A stretch of DNA of 64,000 nucleotides from assembly GCA_964016885.1 (NCBI GenBank), contig CAXHJY010000623.1, positions 33,276 to 97,275 of the forward strand, written 5' to 3'. A program made the position numbers and the translations under genes. The stretch comes from Eledone cirrhosa. Lineage: Eukaryota. Below are positions 13,397 through 27,894 of this stretch, piece after piece. Position 1 is the stretch's first letter. Every line of letters starts with the position of its first letter. The notes beneath the pieces were generated by a model that was not told the origin of the DNA, did not search any database, and saw only the letters and a list, made by a program, of their open reading frames with translations.

Positions 13397-13476
13397 GCTG
13401 TCTGAAGATCCATTTCTTTCCATTGGAAATTCTCTGGATTTCCATTTTTTGGAATGGTGAAACCGTCGGTAACAGC
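13397..13476 (+). ncRNA. Type I hammerhead ribozyme (CUGAAGA variant) in TA-flanked module 13093-13552
   Basis: gctgt-CTGAAGA-tccattt...ggaatggt-GAAAC-cgtcg-GTA-acagc; stem I gctgt/acagc, stem III acc/ggt. Confidence 0.85.
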
Positions 13477-13548
13477 AATAGAACAGGTGATTATATAAAT
13501 CGTTTTTTAATTTATTTAGAGAACTGTTTGATAACTGCTTGCTCCGCT

Positions 13549-13619
<71 letters not shown>

Positions 13620-13755
13620 AACGAATGAAGAGCTCGGAATTATTCCTTAGAATCATTTTTGAGCTTCCCTTACAAGTGATATGGTGCATGTTTGAAATTT
13701 TCTCAGACATGACATCTTTATTCTTTTTAGTTATATTATCATTATTATTATTATT

Positions 13756-13920
13756 GCATGCTTTCTAGCATAGAGTTACGTTCCTTTATGATCTGAGTTC
13801 AAATCCCGCCGAGGTTAACTTTGCCTTTCATCCTTACGGGGTCGATAAAATAAAGTACCAGTAATGTACTGGGTAGTTGCTGGCCTTGTGCCTAAAGTAG
13901 AAACAATTATTATTATTATT
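13756..13920 (+). mobile_element. SINE, major family, 5'-truncated
   Basis: Same core and (att)n tail. Confidence 0.88.
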
Positions 13921-14021
13921 GCATATGAGATTGCTCCTGGCTGCTGTTGTTGTTCGCCTGGTCGTGACCTGTGATCAATTCCCAGGGCCCACTGCGAGGA
14001 GCCTGATAACTTGGGCCATAT

Positions 14022-14103
<82 letters not shown>

Positions 14104-14139
14104 TTTCATTTTGATATATATATATATATATATATATAT

Positions 14140-14622
14140 AAATGAAAATCCGAAGGCAAGGTAAAATTCCAATCATTTAATCACGACACATGTTTCAATG
14201 AGAGATAGATCGATTGTGAAGCCATGATCGATTATCACTGATCTCATCAGATGAAAATGAATTGTCTTCAAATTCTTGATATGAGGGAGAAAAAATAACG
14301 ATGTTCTCTCACAGAATTCATTCCTTCATATCTCCCTCATATCAAGAATTGAAGATAATTCATTTTCACCTGATGAGATCAGTGATAATCGATCATGGCT
14401 TCACAATCGATCTATCTCTTATTGAAACATGTGTCGTGATTAAATGATTGGAATTTTACCTTGCCTTCGGATTTTCATTTTGATACTTATGCTCCATTTT
14501 ACATCATCTAGCTGTTCCCTTGAATGGAATTGGAGATATACAAAAGCGTGGAGAACTTAATATTGCTAACATAAATTTATTGGACTGTTTTACACAACCA
14601 ATAATACACCTTACTATATAAC

Positions 14623-14625
<3 letters not shown>
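14140..14625 (+). mobile_element. Penelope pLTR-like module with 150-bp inverted duplication, flanked by (TA)n
   Basis: Arms 14140-14290 and 14331-14480, 40-nt spacer; right arm continues as a unique tail to TA at 14626. Confidence 0.85.
14366..14439 (+). ncRNA. Type I hammerhead motif (mirror copy on - strand at 14181-14254)
   Basis: tcac-CTGATGA-...-GAAAC-atgt-GTC-gtga; stem II imperfect. Confidence 0.75.
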
Positions 14626-14680
<55 letters not shown>

Positions 14681-14898
14681 TGAAGAATACTAGCTGCAGG
14701 ATAGTAGAAACCCATGGAAATATGAACGGTTAATAGCAGATTGAGATTAATTGGTTGCCAAAATAATCATTTAGAAATCGCGTAACAATTTTATCGGATT
14801 ATTACTAGGGGCAGAAATACGATTTTTTTTTTTCATAAACAAAAACAACACATAAAATCTAGGACCACCCACTCTGCCTCAAAGATTTCCATAACAAA

Positions 14899-15508
14899 AT
14901 AATTGTTTCTACTTTTGGCACAAGGCCAGCAATTATCACAGTGTATTACTGGTACTTTATTTTATCGACCCCCCGTAAGGATGAAAGGCAAAGAGTTAAC
15001 CTCGGCGGGATTTGAAGTTAGACCATAAAGGGCTGTAACTCTTTGCTGCAAAGCATGGCGTCCGACCCTCTACCGATACAGCCAATACACCGTAATGGTT
15101 TCTGGTTTGTGCACAAGGCCAGCAACTTGGGGGAAGGAAAAGTCGACTAAATCGACCCCAGTACATTACTGGTGCTTTATTTTATCGATCCCGTAAAGAT
15201 GAAAGGCAAAGTTAACCTCGGTGAGGTTCGAACTCAGAACGTAAAGGGACGTAACTCTATGCTGCGAAGCATGTTGTCCGACGCTCTACCGATACTGCCA
15301 ATCCATAACAAATTAATAATTGTTTCTACTTTTGGCACAAGGCCAGCAATTATTCCAGTGTATTACTGGTACTTTATTTTATCGACCCCGCAAGGATGAA
15401 ACGCAAAGTTAACCTACGCGGGATTTTAACTGAGACCGTAAAGGGGCGTAACTCTATGCTGCAAAGCATCTCGTCCGACCGTCTACCGATACAGCCAATC
15501 CACCGCCT
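14899..15508 (-). mobile_element. Three head-to-tail SINE copies
   Basis: About 14899-15090, 15093-15305 (full middle segment) and 15315-15508. Confidence 0.9.
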
Positions 15509-16274
15509 TTATAATAATAGTGATGTACAAGGTAAAAAATGATTTGGGTATTTTAACACTTTTAATATATTTATTTATTTATAATGTGTAAGTGTGCACA
15601 CGTTTCCTTTTATTATCAAACAAACACATACCTAAAAATAGCTCCGTTGTCTCTGAAAAAACAAATCCAATCTCGAAGTGTTTTCGAATATCTTGTTTAC
15701 ATATCATCAGGCAGCTGGACATGTTTAATAGTTTGAACACTGGAAAACATGAAACTCTAGAAACTTCAGCTTCTAATTAAATATACACTCGGCCATCTTT
15801 ACCGGTTTGGAAGTAGAAACGTTCACCAATACCTCTGTCTGTCTGTCTGTCTCTCTGTCTGTGCGTGTGTTTTTGTTTGTGTCTGTGGTTGTGTCTGTGT
15901 GAGTGTGTGTGTCTGTGATTATGTGTGTCTGTGTGTGTATCTATCTCTGTATGACTGTCTGTCTGTGTGTCACTGTCTGTGTTATGTGTGTGTGTGTCTG
16001 TCCATGTATGTCTGTGTGTGTGTAAGAACGTATGCGTGTCTCGGTAGGCGTGTGAATGCACGTGTCTGTGTCAGTGTGTGTGCACCTGTGCGTGCACACG
16101 TCTGTGTGGGCGTATGTCTGTGTTTGTGTGTGTTTCTGGACGTGTGTGTGTGTGTGTGTACAATATCCGCTAAGTGGGTTCCTGTTCGACATCTCTCATC
16201 CTTATTAGACAGCAATTTCTATCTCTCAATCAATATGTCTGTATATATATACATGGATGTTTTATGCATCTTAT

Positions 16275-17720
16275 TGCCTATATATGTGTGTATATATTAT
16301 ATATTAATGTGTATGTTTACCTGAGTGTGTTATGTATATATGTGTGTGTGTATTATATATTAATGTGTATGTGTACCTGAGTATGTTATGTATATATGTG
16401 TGTGTGTATTATATATTAATGTGTATGTGTACCTGAGTGTGTTATGTATATATGTGTATTATATATTAATGTGTATGTGTACCTGAGTGTTTTATGTACA
16501 TATGTGTGTGTGTATTATATATTAATGTGTATGTGTACCTGAGTATGTTATGTATATATGTGTGTGTGTATTATATATTAATGTGTATGTGTACCTGCGT
16601 ATGTTATGTATATATGTGTGTGTGTATTATATATTAATGTGTATGTGTACCTGAGTGTGTTATGTATATATGTGTGTATATATTATATATTAATGTGTAT
16701 GTGTACCTGAGTGTGTTATGTATATATGTGTATGTGTATTATATATTAATGTGTATGAGTATGTTATGTATATATGTGTATGTGTATTATATATTAATGT
16801 GTATGAGTATGTTATGTATATATGTGTATGTGTATTATATATTAATGTGTATGAGTATGTTATGTATATATGTGTATGTGTATTATATATTAATGTGTAT
16901 GTGTACCTGAGTATGTTATGTATATATGTGTGTATATATTATATATTAATGTGTATGTGTACCTGAGTATGTTATGTATATATGTGTGTATATATTAATG
17001 TGTATGTGTACCTGAGTATGTTATGTACATATGTGTGTGTGTATTATATATTAATGTGTATGTGTACCTGAGTGTTTTATGTACATATGTGTGTGTGTAT
17101 TATATATTAATGTGTATGTGTACCTGAGTGTTTTATGTATATATGTGTGTGTGTATTATATATTAATGTGTATGTGTACCTGAGTATGTTATGTATATAT
17201 GTGTATTATATATTAATGTGTATGTGTACCTGAGTGTTTTATGTACATATGTGTGTGTGTATTATATATTAATGTGTATGTGTACCTGAGTATGTTATGT
17301 ATATATGTGTATTATATATTAATGTGTATGTGTACCTGAGTGTTTTATGTACATATGTGTGTGTGTATTATATATTAATGAGTATGTGTACCTGAGTGTT
17401 TTATGTATATATGTGTGTGTGTATTATATATTAATGAGTATGTGTACCTGAGTGTTTTATGTATATATGTGTGTGTGTATTATATATTAATGAGTATGTG
17501 TACCTGAGTGTTTTATGTATATATGTGTGTGTGTATTATATATTAATGAGTATGTTTACCTGAGTGTGTTATGTATATATGTGTATGTGTATTATATATT
17601 AATGAGTATGTGTACCTGAGTGTTTTATGTATATATGTATGTATATATTATATACTAATGTGTATGTTTACCTGAGTGTTTTATGTATATATGTGTATAT
17701 ATTATATGCTAATGTGTATG
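16275..17720. repeat. Minisatellite, ~50-56-bp unit
   Basis: tattatatattaatgtgtatgtgtacctgagt(a/g)tgttatgtatatatgtgtgtg repeated more than 20 times. Confidence 0.95.
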
Positions 17721-18330
17721 CGTGCCTGTATTGTAAGGTGTATGTATATCTGGATGTTTTATGCATCCTATTACGTATATATATATATGTGTGTATGTAT
17801 ATACTATCTATTAACGTGTATATACCCGGATCTTCATGAATTCTATTATGTAGATGTGTTTATATATTATCTGCTGATGAGTTAACTGTTTATAAATCTT
17901 GTAATACTTATTAAATTATATATTAAGAACATCCGTAAACAAGCAGATACACGCTGTGTGTGTGTGAGGGGAGGGGGTAAAATAACTGAGATTTGGGAAA
18001 GCGGATGTTCAACAAAAAAAAAGATCGATAGATAATTCCGTTCAAGACGGTGCTCCAGCATGGCCACTGTCTAATGAATAAAACCAATAAAAGTAGAATA
18101 AAAGAAAAAAATAACTGGACCCAACAGATCTTTTTCTCTCGTTTCTATATTTCCTGACAATCCACGATGTAGGAGTACAACAAATATTATCACTTCAGTT
18201 TATAGAGGAGCTTAATACACTACCACTACTATTGCTATTACTACTACTACTACAATTACTACTACTACTACTACTGCTATTACTATTACTACTACTACTA
18301 CAATTACTACTATTATTACTACTACTATTC

Positions 18331-19430
18331 GTGGCTAATGATGCGCAGACACGCGCTGAAGCTGCAGCATCTCCAGATATTCTGCCTAAACGGTGAACAG
18401 GTGTGGTGGCCGCAGATCGTCTCTTTGACTGAGCTGCAGTCCTTGGTCAAGAAGAGACCGAGACTGGGTGACTGGCATCTGGAATGTTGCCAGGCACTCA
18501 CAGCTCTCTACCAGGTGGGCAATGCGGTCAGTGGAACTTCCACTCTCGAGTTCTATAGAGGATTAGTGGTGGGAAAGTGCGACGACGCACTCGGAGAGAC
18601 TCTGGGAGTCAACGAAGTCGAACTAACCAGTCTGTACCGGAGGACTTTCGAGCCGGGGACGATGGATAATTTCCAAAAATCCCTCGCTTGGCAGTGCTAC
18701 CGGGGGGCCCTGCCGGTTCGAAATAAACTCTACAGGCACGGAAGTGCTGTCAGACGGACCTTCCCGATATGCGCGCAGAGCGACGAAACCGTTCTGCACG
18801 CACTCGTCCAGTGTCCGTGCATTACTGACTTGTTGAGTTATGTCGAACAGCTGTTGTCGCGTCTAGAACGGATCCGGCTATCGGCCGAGTCCATAGTGAA
18901 GATCGACCCACCGCCTTCTTTTGGCCAGGAAGGGCAGGCAATTTTCCTCTGTCTGGTGGCAGTGGCGAAAGAGGTTGTATGGAGGACGAGGTTGAAAGGA
19001 CTGAAGACAGACACTTTTCTCTTCGGCCAATCCCTCATCAACTTTTTCAAGTTTCACTTGGAAAGGAAGGTGAGGGTGGAGAGAGAAGTGCTGACCCCCA
19101 GTACATTTGCTGAAAGGTGGGTGAATGTGGCGAGAATGGCCTGTGTGAGTGGGCCTATTCTTGTCATGTAGGTGGGTAAATTTGAGGAAGAGAGAAGTGC
19201 CCTTCCAGGGTGCTCTCGAAGCGTCGGGTCGTTCAGGATTGGTGGGGTACCTGAGCGAACCCTGGGTGGTCACCCCCACCCCCTCTATTGGGGAATTTTT
19301 CTTTTTTTTTGTTACTTTGTTATTGTTATTCATATTGTTTACTCGATTTTTTTGTAAAACCCCATTGTCCCGGTCTTTTGTATTGTCCCCTATATGTCGG
19401 CCCTTGTGGCCAATAAATGAAATCATTATT
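18331..19430 (+). mobile_element. Tx1/L1-clade LINE 3' end (C-terminal zinc-finger region and 3'UTR)
   Basis: KSLAWQCYRGALPVRNKL...PICAQSDETVLHALVQCP...AKEVVWRTR; aataaa near end; follows a (TAC)n tract. Confidence 0.85.
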
Positions 19431-20035
19431 TTTTCGTTTTGTTCAGATTTTTCTTTTTCCATTTTTCTTTTTTTCTTTTCCTTCTTTTTCTCTTTTATTT
19501 TTCTTTATTTTTCTTCTTTCTCCTTCGCCACAACATTTGCCGGCCTCCAAAATGAGTGACTTCCTCAAATAATGAAGAAAATCATAGATGATTGATTGAA
19601 GATTCGTAGATTCGTAGATTTGTACTCATCATATTTTGCATTCGAGACACTGTGTGTGTGTGAGATGTAATCCCAATGGAGAGCTTGCCCGTTTCAAGAA
19701 GTTGAAACAGGAGTCCTCCACTAACTCTACCTACGTAGCATCTTATCATACACAGAGTACTAGCTGGGTTTGTAGCTTCCTTGGTTATTTCACCACAGGC
19801 GTGTGTGTGTGTGTGTGTGTTCTTCTGATTTAATTTTATAAAATTTAACCAATAGATAGAGCCGGTTTCTAACATAGATACAAGACTTTCATTGGAATTT
19901 AGATAAAACATCAACTTAGTAAATAGGTAGGTATGTCTGTGTGTATGTAGGTGTTATTGCATGTGTGAATATGTATGTTTTAAGTTATGCATACACGGGC
20001 ATATGTTTCTGTATCTATACATGTGTATACGCAGT

Positions 20036-20630
20036 TATTACAAGCTGAATGTCTTAAATGTTTTACATATTTTTACTGTTCCATTAATGAACTGTTCTTG
20101 TAACTTCCTAACTAGCCACGTCCTTTCTGGTTCTGTGAAGCCCAGATTCTCAAGATATGTTCTGAAGTAGTTAGTAACATATCCCAGAGTCCCAATGATC
20201 ACAGGTATAAATCTAAATGCATAGTCAGGGTGTATCTGCAGATTCCTCATCAGTTCTGCATAAATCTTCACCCATTCGTTAATCTTCAGTATTATATTAA
20301 CATCTGTTGGGCAGCAGATGTCCACTACTGTGCATAGCTTCTTTTCTCTGTCCCACATCACTGGGATCTGTTGTCACATTTAGATGTGTTAGCTGCATCT
20401 TTCGTGCAGGTATTTCGTTGTTATTTCCTGTTCTTGGATTTCAAAAACATATCATCCAAAGTGAGAGTCAATATACCGGTTGTTGGTTCAAGATAGACTA
20501 CACTTTGTTCATCTATATTACTCTCACTTTGAAGCTTTCTGGCAACATATCCATGCATGATTTTTGGTGATAAACATGCAGCTTTTCATCCATGGATTCA
20601 TTGCAGTATTGCTGTGAAATTTCCCATGCA
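20036..20630 (-). mobile_element. Dong/R4-clade LINE, restriction-like endonuclease C-terminus
   Basis: WDREKKLCTVVDICCP.D.NI...KIYAELMRNLQ...FIPVIIGTLG...GTVKICKTF. Confidence 0.85.
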
Positions 20631-20646
20631 TGTATGTATGTATGTA

Positions 20647-20905
20647 AGGCGCATAGCTTAGTGGTTAGAGCATTGAGCTTGTAATCGGAAGGTTGCAGTT
20701 TATTCAGTTGTAGAAACGAGTTGCAACGTCACTGTTGTCAAACTGTATCGGCCATTGCCTTTCCCTTGGACTACACTGGTGGCGTGGAGACGTGAGACTG
20801 GTATGCATGGGTAACTGCTGGTCTTCCACAAACACACCTTGCCCAGACTTGTGCTTCGGAGGATAACTTTCTATGTGCACAACCATGGTCATTTGTGACT
20901 GAAGT
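20647..20905 (+). mobile_element. tRNA-headed SINE, second family
   Basis: ggcgcatagcttagtggttagagc head; body homologous to 9020-9200. Confidence 0.75.
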
Positions 20906-21145
20906 CAGTCAGGTTTATGTATGTATGTATGTATGTATGTATTTATGTATGTATGTATTAATGTAAGTATGTTTTATTAATTAAGATCAGTAAGTCCAAC
21001 TTAGTACACCATACTTTAGAAAATTACAGTGTAGATATCATTACAAGGATTATTTGCGGTTAAACTGATACTGTTTCAAACAAGTTGGGCATATAAGCTC
21101 CTAGAGGTTGGAAAAAGTGGACAGCGTTGCCTGCCGGACACCCAT

Positions 21146-21185
<40 letters not shown>

Positions 21186-21438
21186 TGTGTATATCTGTTC
21201 AAAAACCTTATGCAATTAAATAACAGAGGGCTGGTAGTACATTCTATAGCCCAAACTGTTAGAATTGTGACGATTTAATTGTCTCAATTTATATAAAATA
21301 CATTCGGCAAATTATTACGGCCAGTCCCTCTCTTAACATGGTAGATATTATCATATATGATATATGTCGGTTAATGAATGCCTACCAGTCCATTGTACAC
21401 AGATACAGGCGGGGACACACACACACACACGCACACGC

Positions 21439-21474
<36 letters not shown>

Positions 21475-21894
21475 CGACTTCTTCGCCAGCACACGCCCAT
21501 GCACTCACACCCGCAAATACATACTCACACATACATATCACCAACATTAACAGCAGCAACACCACCAACGCAAACACCTAGTATATTTACTCACACACGC
21601 ACACACATATACACACGCACACATGCATACGCACACATCACTACCAACACTAACGTCGCAACACACACACAGACATGCATATATATTACGTGTGTGTGTG
21701 TTATTGATATTGTTTTACCTTATGACCAGCTAGCGTTCCTATCGCTCTAATCTACCTGAGAAGGTCTATGGTATGAAATCCTCCTATAAACTAAGTCAAA
21801 GGTACACGTGTCTGTGGAATGCTGAGCCATTTGCACGTTGATTTCGCGAGCAAGCTGTTCTATTGATCAAAGAAATAGAATGTTCGTCGTTAGA

Positions 21895-22440
21895 ACCGAC
21901 GGAGGAGCAACACGTAAACACGTCTATATCCAATTGTATATCCTCGTGGGAACCGACGAAGGACCAACACCCAATACATGTCTATATATAAACTTATATT
22001 GACGTCAGGACCAACACAATATATTTATAACTAATCTTATATCCTCGTTGGAACTGACGGGGAACCAGCACAGAAACACATGTCTATATCTAATCCTATA
22101 TCCTCGTCAGAGGCGATGGAGGGCCAACACATACACGTCTGTAACTAATCTTATATCCTCGTCAGAACCGACGGAGGACCAACACATATCTATATCTAAT
22201 CTTATATCCTCGAAAGAGCCGGCGGAGGATCAACACACACACACACGTCTGTAACTATTCTTGTACCGTCGTCGGAATTGACGGAGGACCAACACACACA
22301 CACACACACATATCTGTAACTATTCTTATGCCGTCGTCGGAAACGACGGAGGACCAACACATGACACATATCTATCTAATCTTATATCCTCGTCAGAGCC
22401 GACGGAGGACCATCACACAACACACTGCGTATCTATATCT
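21895..22440. repeat. Degenerate ~55-65-bp tandem repeat
   Basis: ccgacggaggaccaacac...taatcttatatcctcgtcagaa about 9 times. Confidence 0.9.
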
Positions 22441-22596
22441 CTATAATTTTACTGTTGAATGTGAAATATTTCTATTACGCATGTCTGACATTTGACATCA
22501 CCCTCACATGCCGACCATATCTTCAAATATTCTTTCTAACTCCATTTCTATTGTATTATCTTACACTATCCCTCTCTCTCTCTCTCTCTCTCTCTT

Positions 22597-24342
<1,746 letters not shown>

Positions 24343-24406
24343 AATGTCCCAAGGCTCTGATACCATCAACACCATAAACAGAGCTGGCATATCTAAGAAC
24401 TGACTA

Positions 24407-24462
24407 ACTGCCTGATGAGGTCATAGCCATTCAATGGCTATCATCGAAATATATATAGCAGT
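24407..24462 (+). ncRNA. Type I hammerhead ribozyme in TA-flanked module 24345-24508
   Basis: actgc-CTGATGA-ggtcatagccatt-c-aatggctatcatc-GAAA-tatatATA-gcagt. Confidence 0.85.
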
Positions 24463-24503
24463 AAATAAAGGATTATGAGTTCATGCAATTGACTTATGTT
24501 TCG

Positions 24504-24554
<51 letters not shown>

Positions 24555-24556
<2 letters not shown>

Positions 24557-24697
24557 AAAAAAGATTAAATCGAAAATGCAACTGGAGTCTTTTGAAGGAT
24601 ATTTATTTGGTTCCTTTACCGGTTACGCAGTTCTTATGCTTTTCAAAAGTAGATTTGAGATGGAGGGTTTATGGTTTTTCTCGCATCTTCTTTCAAA
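24555..24697 (-). mobile_element. TA-flanked pLTR-like module with degenerate HHR
   Basis: Minus strand ctt-ttgaaaa-gca-taagaac-tgc-gtaac-cg-GTA-aagg; core mutated. Confidence 0.5.
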
Positions 24698-24932
24698 TAT
24701 ATATATATATATATATATATATTTGAGGACGATTTATTATAAATAGATACCTCAAATATTATATATAGGCTAAAAACTATAATTTGTAGAGCTTCATTTT
24801 TCCAAATTTATATTTAGATATAAAAATGTACATTATATTAGAAGTAAGCATTGCAAGCTTCTCTGTATCTCTATTTCTGTCAATTACTCTATCTATATAC
24901 TTATCTATCTATCTATTTGTGTTTATAAGCCT

Positions 24933-25175
24933 GTAGGTTGAGGAAGAGAGCAAAAGGAAGACGGGAGCACTTGCACAACACGCTCCTCGAGTTGAGGGTT
25001 GTTCTATCGACGGGGTATTAAACAACCCATTTGTGGCGCCTCCCCCCTATTGGGGATTTCGATTGTTGAAATTGTTTGTTTTTATATTTTTTTACACGAC
25101 TGTATGTAAAATCCCCGGCATGTCTTTGTATTGTCCCCTTTCTTGTTGCGCCCTTGTGGCTAATAAAGAAATCTA
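24933..25175 (+). mobile_element. 3'UTR of the Tx1-like LINE family seen at 18331
   Basis: Shares ccc(c/t)ctattgggga, tttgtattgtcccc and cccttgtggc(c/t)aataaa with 19260-19420. Confidence 0.75.
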
Positions 25176-25379
25176 TCTATCTATTTGTCTCTCTCTCTCT
25201 CCCTCTCCCACCCACCCCTCTCTCTCTCTCTCTCTCTTAGGGATATATATATATATATATATATATATCCCTAACTTACCACCCCATAATATAATTTAAT
25301 CATATCAACTGATCATTTGATAGATGTTTATATATAGTATGTGTTGCCAATATAGTTTCCATACAATGAATTAACCATC

Positions 25380-25610
25380 TACTTTTTCGAGCCGGTCACC
25401 GTTGAATTCTTTCTTGTTCTCTGTCTGCCTCGCCGTTTATCCTCCGAAATATTTGAGACATGGGCATCCTTCTTGAGAAATAAGACTCGTGAGTTACATT
25501 GATTGATGCAGCGTGTGTCGCTGGCTGTCCTCTGTGGTAACTTGTCTGCGGGACCCAGCTGAAATATACCGCTTAGACAGGGGTGTAGTCTGGTCCCTCA
25601 AATCCCCCTT
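25380..25610 (+). mobile_element. CRE-like LINE 3' fragment (degenerate)
   Basis: FEPVTVE ... MQRVSLAVLCGN. Confidence 0.6.
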
Positions 25611-26011
25611 CTTTTTCTTTTTTCTTTCTTTTTTCAATTTTCTTTTTCTTTTCCTTCTTCTTCGCTCACTTCTCTTTTTTTATTGTTTAATGTTTCCTTC
25701 CTTCTTGTTTATTATACGAAATATTTGCATCATTAAAAATAGAAAAGTTAAGGGAAGTAACTCAAAATGAACCAATGGCAGGAATTTGGAGAATGAACTT
25801 AAAGGATGGGTGCAAAAGAATCTTAATTGAAATTGTCCACTTAGCTAGGATTTTGTTTCTTTTCTCTAATTGTCTTAAATTAGCGAGTCTTAAAGAAAAG
25901 GGGAAATAATTTCAAGAGATCAAGAACTTATTTCTCAATTTAATTTAGGAAAGGTCAATCAGGCAAAGAATAACTATGGATATGTTTCTGTCTGTTAGAC
26001 CTTATCAACAT

Positions 26012-26136
26012 AATAATTGTTTCTACTATTGGCACAAGGCCAGCAATTACCCAGTACATTACTGGTACTTTATTTTATCAACCCCGTAAGGATGAAAGGC
26101 AAAGTTAACCTCGGCGAGATTTGAACTCAGAATGGC
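26012..26136 (-). mobile_element. SINE major family, 3' part
   Basis: Same deleted core. Confidence 0.88.
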
Positions 26137-26234
26137 ACATAATAATATTGTCTGACCAAGCTCGTTAGTCACTTAATATATTTTTACATATAGAAAAGCA
26201 GTTAATTTGGGGCCGAAATAATTTGTATAATTAA

Positions 26235-26480
26235 GGGAGATTGTCTGGTCGCTTCCTCTTCGAACCGGTCGCTGTCGAGACCTCAAGCGTACTTGGACCC
26301 CACACTGCTCCTCCACAAGATTGGCTGCCCGTGTGAGGAAGGAACCCCGCGAGGTGGGGTGGCTGTTGTAGCGGGTGTCGCTGGCTATAGTCCGCAGGAA
26401 TGCTTTTGCAGTCTTGTCCGCTGGGCGCAGCTACATTACGCCGCACCCTAGGCCCAGAGCCCAATCACCCCCTTACCTCT
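26235..26480 (+). mobile_element. CRE-like LINE 3' fragment
   Basis: LSGRFLFEPVAVETSSVLGP ... EPREVGWLL*RVSLAIVRRNAFAVLSAG. Confidence 0.7.
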
Positions 26481-27894
26481 CTTTTCCGTTTTTTTATCTT
26501 TTCTTATTTTACATCTCAATCTTTCTTCTCAATCAAATTGTTTTTCTTTCTTTTTCTATTAAATTGTTTTATCTATTATAAACATCAATTTACTACTGTA
26601 AATAAAATAATTAAAAATAAGATGGGCAAAGAGAAATAATTCAAATGTGCCAATGATAGAGGAGTGTTTGAAATGTGAAAATGTGAGTCCCAAAATGCAG
26701 AAAGTAATTGTAATAACAGTAAATAAAAGAGGATAGAATTTGATAAATTTCCCTTAGAAACGGGGGGAAAATGGACAAAACCGCCTCTGTTCATTTTTTT
26801 TTTTCTGTCTTTGAGACGGAACTATTATCTGTTATGATCAATAGTTATTACTGTTATTTTTCTGTGTTTGGGACTATCACATTTTAAGTCCCGAAATATT
26901 AGGACAAAAGAAACAATAACAAAAATAAACAAAGATTACCAGGTAACTAACTTTTTTCGTTACCTTCATCTGACTATATTTTGCATTGTTTAGCCTTATT
27001 ACATATAATACTTTCCATATTATATATTATATAATACAAATTTATATAAACTTGTGATCCTTTAAGGTTCAATAATGCGTCTCTCCGATGTGTGCTGTGT
27101 GCGCCCTTGCAGGCTGTCTAGTTGGCTTGTATGGTAGCGCCTGTCGTGTCTACAGATAACATCAGAAGAGTGCCCAACTGATATTGAATATTAAATGAAC
27201 ACCAACGTAACTCTTCATATCTGTCGTCCCTGTTTACGTACGAGACAAGGAGGGTAACTCAAGCATACTTCGGCTGACTCACTCTCATGTTTGTAAGACT
27301 GTAAAATCGAACGCCAGACAGGTGCATTCCTGCTTCAATGTATGTGTGTGCGTATTTGTCTGTGTACATGTGTGCGGAATTTATATATGTGCACATATGC
27401 GTATGTGTACGTGTGCTTTTTTGTGTGTGTGTTTGCGTTTGTATGCATTTATGTGCTTGCGTACGCTTGTATGTATGTCTACGTGTGCATGTGTGCGGTA
27501 TTTATATATGTGCATGTGTGCGGTGAGTGCATGTACGTTTGCATTTGTGTGCATGTGTGCGTTTGTGTCTACGTGTGCATGTGCGCTTGTGTATCTGTAC
27601 TTGAGTGTGTTTCTGTGCATGTGTGCATGTGTGTATGCGCACAAGTACATCTATGCGTTTGTGTATTTGTGTATGTGGGTTCGTTCATGTATGTACGCAT
27701 GTGTCAGTGCGCGTGCGCACTCATTGAACTGGTTCAATATGTAACAATATTGAGGCCTTATTATGGAGGGAGGGGGGTTAAGGTGGAGGAAAAGAAATGA
27801 AAGAAAAAATATTCATCAAACGAAACCATTTTCCCCTCCGAGAAAGCCATCGTAATAAGAGACTCTTAACTGGGTTTCTCTCCTTCAACCCCGT

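Noticed and set aside
21895-22440. Tandem repeat as a CRISPR array or tandem retrozyme (minus-strand CTGACGA)
   Set aside because: No unique spacers or cas genes, eukaryotic context, and no GAAA or stem II after CTGACGA.
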